Shown here: one piece after another, positions 43,638-54,565 of the stretch
Numbering within the stretch: the stretch's first letter is position 1
Layout: each line of letters starts with the position of its first letter
DNA from: Methanosarcinales archaeon
Lineage (GTDB): Archaea > Halobacteriota > Syntropharchaeia > Alkanophagales > Methanospirareceae
Assembly: GCA_030611045.1 (NCBI GenBank)
Contig: JAUWQN010000002.1
Coordinates: 1-54,650, forward strand
Direction of reading: 5' to 3'
DNA: 54,650 bases
Translations under genes and position numbers: made by a program
Notes under the pieces: generated by a model
What the model was told of the DNA's origin: nothing
The model's input: the letters and a program-made list of their open reading frames with translations, nothing else
Database searches by the model: none

Positions 43638-44714
43638 ATGACATCGACAGATGTAAGTAGGCTTCTGGCTCAGTACCAAACGCAGATAAACGAGCGTTTA
43701 GCATTTTACTTTGATAATAAGATAGAGGAAGCCTCTCGTATCTCTAATTACACTCAGGAAGTTGTAGCCAATGCGAAAGAGTACACCTTACGAGGTGGGA
43801 AAAGGCTCAGACCTATCTTCTGCATTTACGGTTATAAGTGTTTGAGTGATACTAATAGTGAAGCGATTATAGAAGCGTCCATCTCTCTTGAACTGATGCA
43901 GAGCTCTCTCTTAGTTCATGACGATATTATGGATGAAGACGAACTTCGGAGAGGCAAACAGACTTTTCATATCGTTTGCAAAGCGATGTGTGAACGCCAA
44001 TTTGGAAAGAACAAGTCCCACAAATTTGGCGAAAATATCGCGATCGTGGCGGGTGATTTGTTAGAGGCGTACGGCGAAGAGGTATTAGCGAGATCGTCGT
44101 TTAAAAGCGAATATGTCAAAAAGGCATTAGCTAAGTACGCGGAAATTGTTAAGAATGTGGGCTACGGCCAAATTTTAGACATCACCGCTGAGAGGAAAGG
44201 CAGTTTTACCGAGGATGAAATCCTGACGATCCATAAACTTAAGACTGCAAGTTATACCATAGAAGGGCCGCTTCACATTGGCGCTCTCTTAGCGGGGGCG
44301 GAAGAAGCGGATTTGCAGATTCTGAGTGACTATGGCATCCCCTTAGGTTTAGCATTCCAGATCCAGGATGATATATTGGGCTTATTTGGTTCGGAAGAAA
44401 AAACAGGCAAACCCGTTGGTTCAGACATTCGAGAAGGTAAAAAGACATTATTGATCTTACATGCTCTGGAAAGATGCACGGGAGACGAAAAAGAACTAAT
44501 CGTAAAAGCGTTGGGCAACGAGCGTGTTACCGTGGAGGAGATTGATGCTGTTAGAGATATTGTGCGAAAGACGGGTTCACTTGATTATTCAAAGAAATTG
44601 GTTGGAGAGATGACCGATAAAGCAGTTCAGGCTATAAAACCTTCTGATTTCAGAGCAGAAGCAAAGGAATCTCTTATAAATATTGCTGATTTTATAAGGG
44701 ATAGAGAGTACTAA
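43638..44714 (+). CDS. idsA: Polyprenyl (geranylgeranyl) diphosphate synthase
   Basis: GGKRLRP, HDDIMD..ELRRG, KTASY, FQIQDD. Confidence 0.9.
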   Translation: MTSTDVSRLLAQYQTQINERLAFYFDNKIEEASRISNYTQEVVANAKEYTLRGGKRLRPIFCIYGYKCLSDTNSEAIIEASISLELMQSSLLVHDDIMDEDELRRGKQTFHIVCKAMCERQFGKNKSHKFGENIAIVAGDLLEAYGEEVLARSSFKSEYVKKALAKYAEIVKNVGYGQILDITAERKGSFTEDEILTIHKLKTASYTIEGPLHIGALLAGAEEADLQILSDYGIPLGLAFQIQDDILGLFGSEEKTGKPVGSDIREGKKTLLILHALERCTGDEKELIVKALGNERVTVEEIDAVRDIVRKTGSLDYSKKLVGEMTDKAVQAIKPSDFRAEAKESLINIADFIRDREY

Positions 44715-44828
44715 CGGACAATCATGCGGGACTCGTTGCTTTTTTTTAATGTTAACCTATCTGTTAGACTACGAACAAACTTCTTAGATTGAGGCTATTA
44801 TAGTATAGTAGTGGAGAAAGAAGTAGGA

Positions 44829-45413
44829 ATGAGATTGGTAGTAGGGGTAACGGGGGCAAGTGGCGCCATTTATGCAAAACGACTGTTAGAGGTACTAAAG
44901 GCAAAGAGCGTAGAGGTTGATTTGATCATCACATTACCTGCAGAATACATAATAAAAAACGAGCTCGGGCTTGCCTGTGAGGATTTATGCAATCTCGCAA
45001 CAGCCTGTTGGAACATCTCTGACATAGCAGCGGATGTTGCAAGCGGATCGCAGTTAAGAGACGGCATGGTGATACTTCCCTGCACTATGGATGCGGTTGC
45101 AAAGATGGCTCACGGTATCTCAGATAATCTGCTTTTACGCTGTTTTGACGTGATGTTGAAAGAAAATCGAAAGATAGTCGTCGTTCCCAGAGAGACCCCT
45201 TTACATGAGACACATCTGCAAAATTTGCTGCGGCTCAAGCGACTCGGTGTAACGATTATACCGCCGATGACTACATTTTATCACAAGCCCACATCTATAC
45301 TCGATTTGGTGGATTTTATAATCGCAAAAATCCTTGATCAATTTAATATACCACATACCTTGATCGAGCGCTGGAAAAAGCCTGGCCCGGAGGTGTGGGA
45401 AAAAGATGACTGA
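44829..45413 (+). CDS. ubiX: Flavin prenyltransferase
   Basis: GVTGASG, ASGS, PRETP, FYHKP. Confidence 0.93.
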   Translation: MRLVVGVTGASGAIYAKRLLEVLKAKSVEVDLIITLPAEYIIKNELGLACEDLCNLATACWNISDIAADVASGSQLRDGMVILPCTMDAVAKMAHGISDNLLLRCFDVMLKENRKIVVVPRETPLHETHLQNLLRLKRLGVTIIPPMTTFYHKPTSILDLVDFIIAKILDQFNIPHTLIERWKKPGPEVWEKDD

Positions 45414-46236
45414 CATAGAGAAAAACTTGGTATTTGTCAAGCTCGGTGGTTCGCTTATTACCGAAAAGAATGCGCCTTATACGATAAACTACCAAGCAAT
45501 AACGCGAATTGTAAAAGAGCTAAAAGAGGCGATTGATAACGATCACCATTTGCAGTTATTAATTGGACATGGTGGTGGGTCTTTTCCGCATCCCGTTGCG
45601 CAATCCTTCAAAACAGCAGAGGGGTTTATCCAGGATACGAGCATACGCGGGTTTGCATTGTGTCAAAATGCAGCATCAACCTTAAATAGAATTCTCGTAG
45701 ATTTGATGGCGGATTACGCGATTAACGCGGTATCAATCCAACCTTCGGCATGCTGCGTAGCTACTGATGGCAGGATAACTGATTTTTTTACCCAACCAAT
45801 AGAAGCCTCTCTTGAGCATGGGCTCATTCCTGTTGTTTTTGGCGACTGTGTATTTGATACGGTAAAGGGTTGCACAATCGTATCTACGGAACAAATTTTT
45901 TCTTACTTAAGTAGCGCTCTACAGCCTTCACGAGTTCTGATTGTTGGATTAGTGGGTGGCGTGTACACCTCTGATCCGCAAAAGGATGAGAACGCGCAAT
46001 TCATTCCTACAATCGAGGTGGAAAAGTTCACCAGTATTGAATCTTATCTGGGCGGATCATATTCCGTTGATGTTACTGGTGGTATGGCAACAAAAGTCAA
46101 GGAGCTGATCGAACTTGCGAGGAGGGGTATTGAATGTGAAATTCTGAGTGGAGCGTCAGGAAATATAACGAAAGCATTGGCTGGGCAGAGGGGATTAGGA
46201 ACAATTATAAAACCAGCCAACACGGCTAAGAGATAA
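45406..46236 (+). CDS. ipk: Isopentenyl phosphate kinase
   Basis: KLGGSLIT.K, GHGGGSFPH, DVTGGM..K. Confidence 0.9.
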   Translation: MTDIEKNLVFVKLGGSLITEKNAPYTINYQAITRIVKELKEAIDNDHHLQLLIGHGGGSFPHPVAQSFKTAEGFIQDTSIRGFALCQNAASTLNRILVDLMADYAINAVSIQPSACCVATDGRITDFFTQPIEASLEHGLIPVVFGDCVFDTVKGCTIVSTEQIFSYLSSALQPSRVLIVGLVGGVYTSDPQKDENAQFIPTIEVEKFTSIESYLGGSYSVDVTGGMATKVKELIELARRGIECEILSGASGNITKALAGQRGLGTIIKPANTAKR

Positions 46237-46273
46237 AGCTATAAAAAAACATGACATAATAAAAACACGGAAG

Positions 46274-47548
46274 ATGGAGAAGAAGCTAACCTTAGCGGAT
46301 TTAGCAAGGATATTGGAGCAGTATGATGTGGTAGAGTTGGAGGATGTAACGATAAAAGGCGAAGTCGAATTAGAATTGGGGTCATCAGCAGGTTTGGCAC
46401 TCCCTCCTGTGCTCGCTCAAGCACTGCAGTCCTTGATGGGAGTTCGAGAGAGACCCGAAACTCTTGAGGCGAAAAAGATAGAGGCGTTGCTACCTGCGAC
46501 ATTTAAGGTTGCAAAAGCCGAATGGGCGGGAGAGATAGAAGAAGTTACCATCGGTGCGACGTCGGCGGATGGAGGTACAAGGGAGCGAACGGTAACAATA
46601 GGCGGCGAGAAATCCCTGCCTTTCTACAATTTCGACGCTCAAATGCCGCATCCACCGGTAATTTCCGTGGATTGTTTTGATATGCCCATTCCCTTAGCGA
46701 AAGCGGTGAGAGAATATTATGGAGATGTGATGGAAGATCCCGGGGAATGGGCGAAGAAGAACGTCCGCGAATTTGGTGCTGATATGGTTACCATTCATCT
46801 TATAAGCACAGATCCAACGATAAAGGATACGCCAGCAAGGGCAGCGGCAAGGACCGTAGAGGAAGTGCTGCAAGCGGTAAAGGTTCCTATCGTCATCGGT
46901 GGGTCAGGCAATCCGGATAAAGATCCTGAGGTGCTGGAGGCAGCAGCAGAGGCTGCAGAGGGTGAGCGATGTTTAATTGCATCGGCAAACCTGAACATGG
47001 ATTACGAGCGAATAGCAAAAGCAGCACTGAAACACGGGCATGTTATCCTTTCGTGGACGCAGCTTGACATAAACGCACAGAAGACATTGAACCGGTATTT
47101 GTTCAAACTGGGTGTGCCGAGGGAAGATATAGTAATAGACCCCACAACAGCAGCACTTGGTTATGGTCTGGATTACGCATTCACGAATATAGAACGGATG
47201 AGAATATCAGCATTGAAAGGCGATACCGATTTGGCGTTCCCTATCTCTTGTGGTATCACCAATGCGTGGGGGGCGAGGGAAGCGTGGATGAAGGATTCGC
47301 CCAGTAAAGAGGATTCAGATTGGGGTCCTGCGGCGTATAGAGGCCAGATGTATGAGATCCTAACAGGCTTGACATTAGGACTCGCAGGCGGCGATATGTT
47401 TATGATGATGCATCCAAATGCTGCGAGTACCGTCAAGAAGGTAACACAGACGCTGTTCGGGGCGAAAGTAAAAGAGGATAAAGCTAAAAGAGTAGCGATA
47501 GAAGACTGGGTCACGTGGGATGCAGAGGTAGGAGCGTTAAAAAAATGA
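46274..47548 (+). CDS. cdhD: ACDS corrinoid Fe-S protein delta subunit
   Basis: IGATSADGG, GGSGNPDKDP, DPTTAALGYG, WGAREAW, MMHP. Confidence 0.95.
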   Translation: MEKKLTLADLARILEQYDVVELEDVTIKGEVELELGSSAGLALPPVLAQALQSLMGVRERPETLEAKKIEALLPATFKVAKAEWAGEIEEVTIGATSADGGTRERTVTIGGEKSLPFYNFDAQMPHPPVISVDCFDMPIPLAKAVREYYGDVMEDPGEWAKKNVREFGADMVTIHLISTDPTIKDTPARAAARTVEEVLQAVKVPIVIGGSGNPDKDPEVLEAAAEAAEGERCLIASANLNMDYERIAKAALKHGHVILSWTQLDINAQKTLNRYLFKLGVPREDIVIDPTTAALGYGLDYAFTNIERMRISALKGDTDLAFPISCGITNAWGAREAWMKDSPSKEDSDWGPAAYRGQMYEILTGLTLGLAGGDMFMMMHPNAASTVKKVTQTLFGAKVKEDKAKRVAIEDWVTWDAEVGALKK

Positions 47549-48945
47549 AACTGAGCAGCCCAATGGAGATCTGGAAGTATCTTCCAGGGACGAATTGTGG
47601 TGAGTGTGGTGAGAAAACGTGCTTGGCTTTCGCATCGCATCTGAAAGAGCGGAGTACGAGATTAGAGGAGTGCACACCACTATTTGAAGATGAAAAATAC
47701 GCGGATAAAGGGAAGCAGTTAGCGGAATTGTTAGCGCCTGAAATACGAGAAATAGAGATAGGGGTGGGTGCACGAGCGGCGAAAATAGGTGGAGAAGATG
47801 TCATGTACCGCCACGAACTCACGTTCTACAACCGAACAGCACTTGCTTATGACGTATGGGACACTATGGAAGAGGGTGAACTGAGAGAGCGGGTACGTAG
47901 GATAACGAATTGGCGGAAATTTTACGTTGGCGAATTTCTGACCTTAGATGCGATTGCAGTTCGTTCCGTATCGGGGGATGCACGAACGTTTGCAGCATGT
48001 GTGAAGGCGGTGGCAGAAGAAACAGATTTACCGCTGGTGCTTTGTTCATTCGATGCGAAGGTACTGGAAGAAGGTTTAAAGGTGGTTGCGGATAAGAATC
48101 CACTGCTCTACGCCGCGGACAAAACCAATTGGAAAGAGGTTCTGGAACTTGTTAAAAGCTATAACGTTCCTGTTACGTTGTTTTCGCCAGACCTCGATAT
48201 GCTTAATAGTCTCGCTTTGACATTCTCTTCCGCAGGCGTAGAGGATCTCGTATTGGACCCGGGGGTCTCTCCAGCAGGGGAGTGGCTTGCGGATACCTTC
48301 TCCAAGTTTGTACGGATAAGGCGTGTGGGAATAGAAGAAGGAGATAAAGAAGTTGCCTATCCTTTGATGTCCGTGCCGATGACCGCATGGATGATTCATG
48401 GCGATGCGTTGGATGCTTCGTATTGGGAAGCTGTTCTCGCAGCCATGGGTATCATAAAATACGCAGATATAATGATTTTACACTCGATAGAGCCACATTC
48501 GTTGATCGCAGAGCGTACGCTTGTCGAAAATATATACACGGACCCGAGACGTCCGGTAAGCGTAGAGCCAGGATTGAGGGAGGTAGGGACGCCAACGGGG
48601 CACTCACCTCTTTTCCTAACTACTAATTTCGCGTTGACATATTATACGGTGGAGAGCGATCTCAGCTCTAACAAAATTGATTCCTATTTAATAGTGGTGG
48701 ACAGTGAGGGGATAGGAGTAGAAGCAGCAGTTGCAGGCGAGCAACTCACTGCAGAGAGAATAAAAGAGACGCTGGAATCGTATGAAGCGGAAAATAAGGT
48801 GGAGCATAAGACGCTGGTAATTCCTGGCCTTGCAGCGAGACTCTCTGGTGAGACTGAAGATGCTACCGGCTGGACCGTGCTGGTCGGCCCGCGAGACAGT
48901 GGCAGGATCCCGGGCTGGATGGATGATAATTGGCCGCCGGAATAG
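47545..48945 (+). CDS. cdhE: ACDS corrinoid Fe-S protein gamma subunit
   Basis: LPGTNCGECGEKTCLAFA, IYTDPR, TTNFALTY, VGPRDS. Confidence 0.95.
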   Translation: MKLSSPMEIWKYLPGTNCGECGEKTCLAFASHLKERSTRLEECTPLFEDEKYADKGKQLAELLAPEIREIEIGVGARAAKIGGEDVMYRHELTFYNRTALAYDVWDTMEEGELRERVRRITNWRKFYVGEFLTLDAIAVRSVSGDARTFAACVKAVAEETDLPLVLCSFDAKVLEEGLKVVADKNPLLYAADKTNWKEVLELVKSYNVPVTLFSPDLDMLNSLALTFSSAGVEDLVLDPGVSPAGEWLADTFSKFVRIRRVGIEEGDKEVAYPLMSVPMTAWMIHGDALDASYWEAVLAAMGIIKYADIMILHSIEPHSLIAERTLVENIYTDPRRPVSVEPGLREVGTPTGHSPLFLTTNFALTYYTVESDLSSNKIDSYLIVVDSEGIGVEAAVAGEQLTAERIKETLESYEAENKVEHKTLVIPGLAARLSGETEDATGWTVLVGPRDSGRIPGWMDDNWPPE

Positions 48946-48954
48946 TTAGCAAGA

Positions 48955-49044
48955 AAATCCCAATGAGTAAATACTACCAAATCCCAAAAAAGAAGGAAAA
49001 GCAAAAAGATGTGAAATTGGTAGTATTGATATATATTGAGATTT
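48955..49044. repeat. Long imperfect inverted repeat after cdhE
   Basis: AATACTACCAA (48970) / TTGGTAGTATT (49017) perfect 11 bp, plus outer AAATCCCAAT / ATTGAGATTT. Confidence 0.6.
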
Positions 49045-49082
49045 GGGGTTTTTAAAGGTGCAAAACAAAACACTCCTGAAAA

Positions 49083-49631
49083 ATGACCTGGGCAGTATGG
49101 ATAACAGGCTTACCTGGAAGTGGTAAAACAGTAATAGCACAGAAGGTAAGTCGTATTCTGGAAGAACGAGGCATCGTCAGTGGTAGCGTGAAAGTGCTTG
49201 AACTGGACGAGATACGACGGTTTATTACGCCACGACCGACCTATTCAGACGAGGAACGAGAGATTGTGTATGCATCACTGGTGTATATAACAAAGCTTCT
49301 GGTGGAGAGCGGCACGCCCGTTATCGTAGATGCAACTGCAAATCGAAGGAAATACCGGGAACGAGCACGTGAGACCATACCAAATTTCGCTGAAGTGTAC
49401 GTGAACTGCTCTTTAGACACATGCAGGGGAAGAGAAGGACGGAGGAAAGCGAAATATGCGCCTTCCGGTATTTATAATAAGGCAATGGATAAAGGAGCGA
49501 CGGTGCCGGGTGTGAACGTGCCTTACGAGGAACCTACGAAGCCAGAGGTTGTGGTGAATAGCGAAACCATGAGTGTCAAAGCGTGTGCGGAGAGGGTAGT
49601 GGCGTTTATACAGAAGTGGTACGAAAGGTAA
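49083..49631 (+). CDS. Adenylyl-sulfate kinase family P-loop kinase
   Basis: WITGLPGSGKT, EVYV.C, PGVNVPYEEP. Confidence 0.85.
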   Translation: MTWAVWITGLPGSGKTVIAQKVSRILEERGIVSGSVKVLELDEIRRFITPRPTYSDEEREIVYASLVYITKLLVESGTPVIVDATANRRKYRERARETIPNFAEVYVNCSLDTCRGREGRRKAKYAPSGIYNKAMDKGATVPGVNVPYEEPTKPEVVVNSETMSVKACAERVVAFIQKWYER

Positions 49632-49894
49632 AAGGGCTGCTATTTTATCATTTATGTTTCGGAACCATCGCAAAAACCCGAAAAGCTCAAATACTAACAA
49701 AACAAACAAATGATTGGAGGAGTGCATTGATACTAAAAATCGTTTCCTCATACAAAAGGCGAGCGATTGGTGAATGTCTCTCTAGCGTTGGCAGCAAGAT
49801 ATTCAGGCATCGCAGGTTTCGCTCCTCCTACGTGCAGATATTTACTGACAAATCTAAATCATCACTGAAATGAGTTCTAACTTTATTTATCTAT

Positions 49895-50353
49895 TTACTT
49901 ACTTATCGGGCGTTTCTCCTTCTTATCCACCTGTATCTCCTCTATCCTTGTATGCGGATAATTTCCGGTTTCGTCCTTCTCCTCCGCTTTCACCATGTCC
50001 CAAATCGTAAGCAACGCCACTGATAAACCATGGAGTGCATCCATCTCCACCCCGGTTTTTCCAACGGATTTCACAAATACTGACGCTTTTATAATCTCCT
50101 CTCCTAATACGAATTCAACCTTTACGCTTGCGATATTTATTTGATGGCAAAGCGGAATTATATCAGGCGTCTTCTTCACCGCTAATATCGCTGCCATTTC
50201 CGCGCACTCAAGCACATTCCCTTTCCTGGTAGTCCCGCTTGTTATCTTCTCTATCGTGCTACGTTTCAGTTTTATCCTACCAGAAGCTGTAGCTACGCGT
50301 TCGAGATCACCTTTTTCGCTTATATCTATCATGCCCGCACTATATCGCTGCAT
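49895..50353 (-). CDS. moaC: Cyclic pyranopterin monophosphate synthase
   Basis: MIDISEK, IPLCH, TGVEMDAL, IWDMVK. Confidence 0.95.
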   Translation of the reverse strand: MQRYSAGMIDISEKGDLERVATASGRIKLKRSTIEKITSGTTRKGNVLECAEMAAILAVKKTPDIIPLCHQINIASVKVEFVLGEEIIKASVFVKSVGKTGVEMDALHGLSVALLTIWDMVKAEEKDETGNYPHTRIEEIQVDKKEKRPISK

Positions 50354-50373
50354 TGTTCATTCACTCACCGCAC

Positions 50374-50604
50374 TCAAGGTGGTGGCCAGACACCGAAATA
50401 TATCTCCAGCCCGATGATCAAAACGCCAATAAACACGCCTACGAGCAATATCATCTTCGGCGACATCTTCACCGCGGATTCCTCAACATCGTAATACCGC
50501 ATCAATCCGGCAGAGGACATAAGCCCACGCTCTTCACCTCTACCGCCTCCACCGCTTTTCTTCTCCGCTTTCTTCACTTTCTTCGCAGGTCTTCCTTTTA
50601 CCAT
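50374..50604 (-). CDS. secG: Preprotein translocase subunit Sec61-beta/SecG
   Basis: GLMSSAGLMRYYD plus C-terminal TM helix. Confidence 0.9.
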   Translation of the reverse strand: MVKGRPAKKVKKAEKKSGGGGRGEERGLMSSAGLMRYYDVEESAVKMSPKMILLVGVFIGVLIIGLEIYFGVWPPP

Positions 50605-50644
50605 CTCCTCGCACCTCTAATTTATACTCTTACTTATCTATCGT

Positions 50645-53086
50645 TTACTCTTTAATTATCCTCACTTTCGTGCCACTAACGTTAAGAATTATCCCTTCAC
50701 CTTCAGGTTCACCTACATCTCCCCAGAGTTCCACCTTTGTTACCGTCGCATTCGCTATATCCTCGATATCTCGCTGATTTAAATCCTTCGCGTCCGTTCT
50801 CAATATACCTAGTGGTGCATTTAACGGAATACTCTGATTGGATTTATAGCTTCTAACGTCTCGGACAATATCAGCGATAAGGTTACCTTTCATACCCGCT
50901 TCTAAATCAATCATATCTTGCTTCACTTCTGGCCACTGTTCTCTATGCACACTCTCGTCCGGTTTGATATATGAATACATCTCCTCGGCAAAAAACGGAG
51001 CGAACGGCGCAAGCAGCTTAGAAAGCGTATCAAGCGTCACATACAACGCGTATTTGGCAGATTCCTTACCTTCTTCATCTCCTCCACGGCCATATAACCG
51101 CGACTTTGCCAGTTCAATGTAATCATCGGCAAGCACGTTCCACGCAAACGTTCGTATATCCTTCATTGCTTCATCGAACTTGTAGGTTTCCATCGCGTCT
51201 GTCACCGACAGGACGAGCTTGTTCAGTTTTGTGAGCAGCCATTTATCAACAACGCGTAGATTTAACGCTCTTTCTTCGTATTGGTAATCGGATAGGTGCA
51301 GCATAGAGAATCTGAGAATACTCCACAGTTTCTGCATAAATTTACTCGCGGCCACAATGTCCTTCCATCGGAATTGGACGTCTGAGCCTACTGCACCGCC
51401 AATTGCCGCCCACTGTCTGAATACGTCCGCACCATGCTCTTGAATCACCTCGTCTGGCGAAATGAAGTTATTGCGCGATTTGCTCATCTTATACCCATCC
51501 TCGCCCAGGACCATGCCGTTTATTAAGATCGTGTGCCATGGTATTGCGTTAGTAAGCGCGAGTGAACGAAGGATAGTGTAAAACGCCCAAGTTCTTATAA
51601 TGTCGTGCCCTTGCGGTCTGAGTGCTGTAGGGAATGCAATTCCTGACTGGCCTCCCGCATTGAGGTCCCAATCTGCAACCCAAAGAGCGCTTAGTGAGGA
51701 GTCCATCCATGTGTCCAACACATCGTCCTCTCCTTTAAATTCACTGCCGCCGCAGTTAGCACAAGGCTCCTTTGGACTGACCATTGCTGGATCCACCGGC
51801 AGATCATCTTCAGAAGCAACTTTTACGGTACCACAGCGCTTACAGTACCAAACCGGGATCGGCACGCTGAAAATCCGCTGGCGAGATATGCACCAGTCCC
51901 ACTCCATAGAGTCAACCCAATTTTTCAGTCTGATAGCGAAATGCTCAGGATACCAATTTATCTCATCCGACGCTTTTATTATCTCATCATGCATCACACG
52001 CACGAACCACTGCCGTGTAGAAATGATCTCAATAGGCGTTTTACATCGCCAGCAAACACCCACGTTTTGTTGCAGTGGTTCACGTTTCTTAAGCAGCTCT
52101 TGTGCATCCAAATCTTCAATTATCCGCGTTTTGCATTCTGTTACGCTTAATCCCTCATAGCCCCGTGCTGCCTCGGTCATCGTGCCTCGTTCGTCTATGG
52201 ACTCTATTAACGGGAGGTTATGCAACTTCCACCAGCGCACGTCCTGACGGTCACCAAACGTACAGATCATCACCACACCGGTTCCAAATGCGGGGTCAAC
52301 ACTCTCATCTTCATATACCTTCACGGGATGCTCAAAAATCGGGACTGCCAGCTCTTTTCCCGAGATATCCTTATAACGCTCGTCATCAGGATGCACAGCC
52401 ACAGCAACGCAACTCGCAAGCAGTTCCGGTCTCGTCGTTGCAATCTCGACATACGCTGCTTCTTGTTCTGTGCCTACATCTACCTTCTTAAAGAGTATAT
52501 AATTCAAGGAGGCGTTGCGATCTTCGTATTCTACCTCAGCAAATGCTATTGCTGTCTCACATCGGGGACACCAGTTCACCGGATGCTCCTCTTGATAAAT
52601 CATTCCGTCATGATACATCCTTAAGAATGAGAGTTGTGTATATCGTTTATAACGGTCGTCCATCGTGACAAACTCCTTGCTCCAGTCTATGGACATGCCA
52701 AGCTTCTGCATCATCCCCTTCATCTGCGTTATGTTCTCCAGCGTTAGTTGTTTGCAAAGCTCTCGGAACTCCTGCTTGTCGATCTGACGCTTGGAGATTC
52801 CATGCCGCTCCTCTACTTTTACCTCAGTCGGCAGTCCGTGGCAGTCCCAGCCCTGCGGAAACATCACATTATAACCACGCATTCGCTTGTAACGTGCGAG
52901 AAAATCAATGTAACACCAGTTCAAAGCGTTGCCAACGTGGAAATCGCCTGTGGGGTACGGAGGTGGTGTGTCAATAATATAAGACGGCTTATCCGATGAT
53001 CCATTAAAATAATAGAGTGATTCATCCCAGTTCTCCAGCCACTTCTTTTCGACGATCTCCGGTTTGTATTTCTTTTCCATTTTCAT
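50645..53086 (-). CDS. valS: Valine--tRNA ligase (archaeal type)
   Basis: DTPPPY...HVGN, WCISRQR, QGHDII, KMSKS. Confidence 0.96.
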   Translation of the reverse strand: MKMEKKYKPEIVEKKWLENWDESLYYFNGSSDKPSYIIDTPPPYPTGDFHVGNALNWCYIDFLARYKRMRGYNVMFPQGWDCHGLPTEVKVEERHGISKRQIDKQEFRELCKQLTLENITQMKGMMQKLGMSIDWSKEFVTMDDRYKRYTQLSFLRMYHDGMIYQEEHPVNWCPRCETAIAFAEVEYEDRNASLNYILFKKVDVGTEQEAAYVEIATTRPELLASCVAVAVHPDDERYKDISGKELAVPIFEHPVKVYEDESVDPAFGTGVVMICTFGDRQDVRWWKLHNLPLIESIDERGTMTEAARGYEGLSVTECKTRIIEDLDAQELLKKREPLQQNVGVCWRCKTPIEIISTRQWFVRVMHDEIIKASDEINWYPEHFAIRLKNWVDSMEWDWCISRQRIFSVPIPVWYCKRCGTVKVASEDDLPVDPAMVSPKEPCANCGGSEFKGEDDVLDTWMDSSLSALWVADWDLNAGGQSGIAFPTALRPQGHDIIRTWAFYTILRSLALTNAIPWHTILINGMVLGEDGYKMSKSRNNFISPDEVIQEHGADVFRQWAAIGGAVGSDVQFRWKDIVAASKFMQKLWSILRFSMLHLSDYQYEERALNLRVVDKWLLTKLNKLVLSVTDAMETYKFDEAMKDIRTFAWNVLADDYIELAKSRLYGRGGDEEGKESAKYALYVTLDTLSKLLAPFAPFFAEEMYSYIKPDESVHREQWPEVKQDMIDLEAGMKGNLIADIVRDVRSYKSNQSIPLNAPLGILRTDAKDLNQRDIEDIANATVTKVELWGDVGEPEGEGIILNVSGTKVRIIKE

Positions 53087-53219
53087 GCGCTCTTTGATTC
53101 CCCGCTATTAAGATAAGATTACTTTATGTGCTTTTATTTTTAGTTCTTTTAAATAATATCAAAGCTCAGGATTTTAGACCCGCAATTTGGGAACGACTTT
53201 GTAGGAAGAAAGACGAAAA

Positions 53220-53591
53220 ATGAGAAAGATACTCAGCGCAGCACAAAAGGAATATAAACAGTGTATAGTACTCAGAGAGGATTTGAAGCTTTCGAAGGGT
53301 AAAGCAGCAGTACAAGCCGCTCATGCTTCTATATTGGGCTACGAACGCTCTCCACTGCAAGATAGAAGAAAATGGAAAGAGCAAGGTCAGAAAAAGGTTG
53401 CACTGAAAGTACCGAGCCTTGAAGAGCTTTACAACGTACGAGACGATGCGGAAAAGCTTGGTCTGCCGTGTGCAATCGTAGAAGACGCAGGGCTGACCGA
53501 AATACCGCCGGGAACGGTGACCGCCTTAGGAATAGGGCCAGCACGTGCTGAAGAGATAGATAAAATCACAAAACAGCTTGAGTTATTGTAA
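53220..53591 (+). CDS. pth2: Peptidyl-tRNA hydrolase Pth2
   Basis: KGKAAVQAAHA, GQKKV.LK, DAGLTE. Confidence 0.94.
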   Translation: MRKILSAAQKEYKQCIVLREDLKLSKGKAAVQAAHASILGYERSPLQDRRKWKEQGQKKVALKVPSLEELYNVRDDAEKLGLPCAIVEDAGLTEIPPGTVTALGIGPARAEEIDKITKQLELL

Positions 53592-53610
53592 CAAACCTTT
53601 CTTGAGAAAA

Positions 53611-54261
53611 ATGTCTTTTGAAGAATGGGAAGATTACGGCATGAAGTTATACCGACTCATTGCTCTTGAAAAGGGACCGACAAAACTGTTCGTCGGTGGT
53701 CTGCACGGAAACGAAGGCCTGTACACCGCACCGATTCTTGAACGGTTGGCACAGGAGGATATATTGGTTGGAGAAGCGATAATTGTACCCTGCCTGGTCA
53801 AAAACAGCAAATACATCGGTGTTTTATCCGAAGAATATTACCGGAGCGAAGCAGGCATGCGCTTGCTTCAACTCATCCGGGAATACAAACCGAGTTTTTA
53901 TTTCGAGCTGCACGCTTATGAAAAGCAGTCATATTCCCGATTAACTGATCCTGAGCGCGTGAATAAGATGGGAGTTCCTAATTTTGTTGATCTGGGAGAC
54001 GGGATTCTCATAGGGTCTATCGCGCCTATTCTGAGGCGTAAACTCACCGAGCACGATTTCTGCATGACCATCGAGGTTCCGAAATGGAAAAGCGAGAGCG
54101 AGGCGATTAAAGAAAAAGTACTGGAGTTTCTGAGGATCGGACTAATGGAATCACAGAGAGAGGAGATGATGCTTGAATTCAGAGTGGGGTATCCAGAGCA
54201 AGTAAAAAAGGCTGAGGCGTTGTTCCACCAATATTACCGTAAACGGCTAAAGCCATTTTAA
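53611..54261 (+). CDS. DUF2119-like zinc-carboxypeptidase-fold protein
   Basis: LFVGGLHGNEG, YFELHAY, LIGSI. Confidence 0.7.
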   Translation: MSFEEWEDYGMKLYRLIALEKGPTKLFVGGLHGNEGLYTAPILERLAQEDILVGEAIIVPCLVKNSKYIGVLSEEYYRSEAGMRLLQLIREYKPSFYFELHAYEKQSYSRLTDPERVNKMGVPNFVDLGDGILIGSIAPILRRKLTEHDFCMTIEVPKWKSESEAIKEKVLEFLRIGLMESQREEMMLEFRVGYPEQVKKAEALFHQYYRKRLKPF

Positions 54262-54400
54262 GTCTTCAAAAACCATGCGGATAGTAATATAATAGACCTG
54301 CGTGCGGGAGAGGGGTAAAAGCAATAGAAGCGAGAGAGGTTGAAAACTTATTATCTCAGAATCTCTTTCATTTCATTGCCTTAAAGGATTGCTAATATTC

Positions 54401-54565
54401 ATGAGACGTGTAATTTGGTGGCTGCTTGTTGGCACTAAAGGAGGGCTGAATCGTGCTCGCATAATAAGGGCGTTAAAGGAAAGACCTTACAACGCCAATC
54501 AGTTGGAAGCTATAACAACCATAATAAGTTGGAATCCAAAACCTATCTCATTTAATTATCCCTGA
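54401..54565 (+). pseudogene. Truncated ArsR-type winged-helix regulator
   Basis: [35 protein letters not shown], then diverges before the recognition helix. Confidence 0.65.

Noticed and set aside
42111..48945. Pyrrolysine or selenocysteine readthrough at TAG/TGA stops of cdh genes
   Set aside because: The proteins appear full length at their stops, with no conserved continuation
49632..49894. 260-bp gap between convergent genes containing a 96-aa ORF
   Set aside because: No recognisable motif in the frames examined and no structure seen; left unannotated
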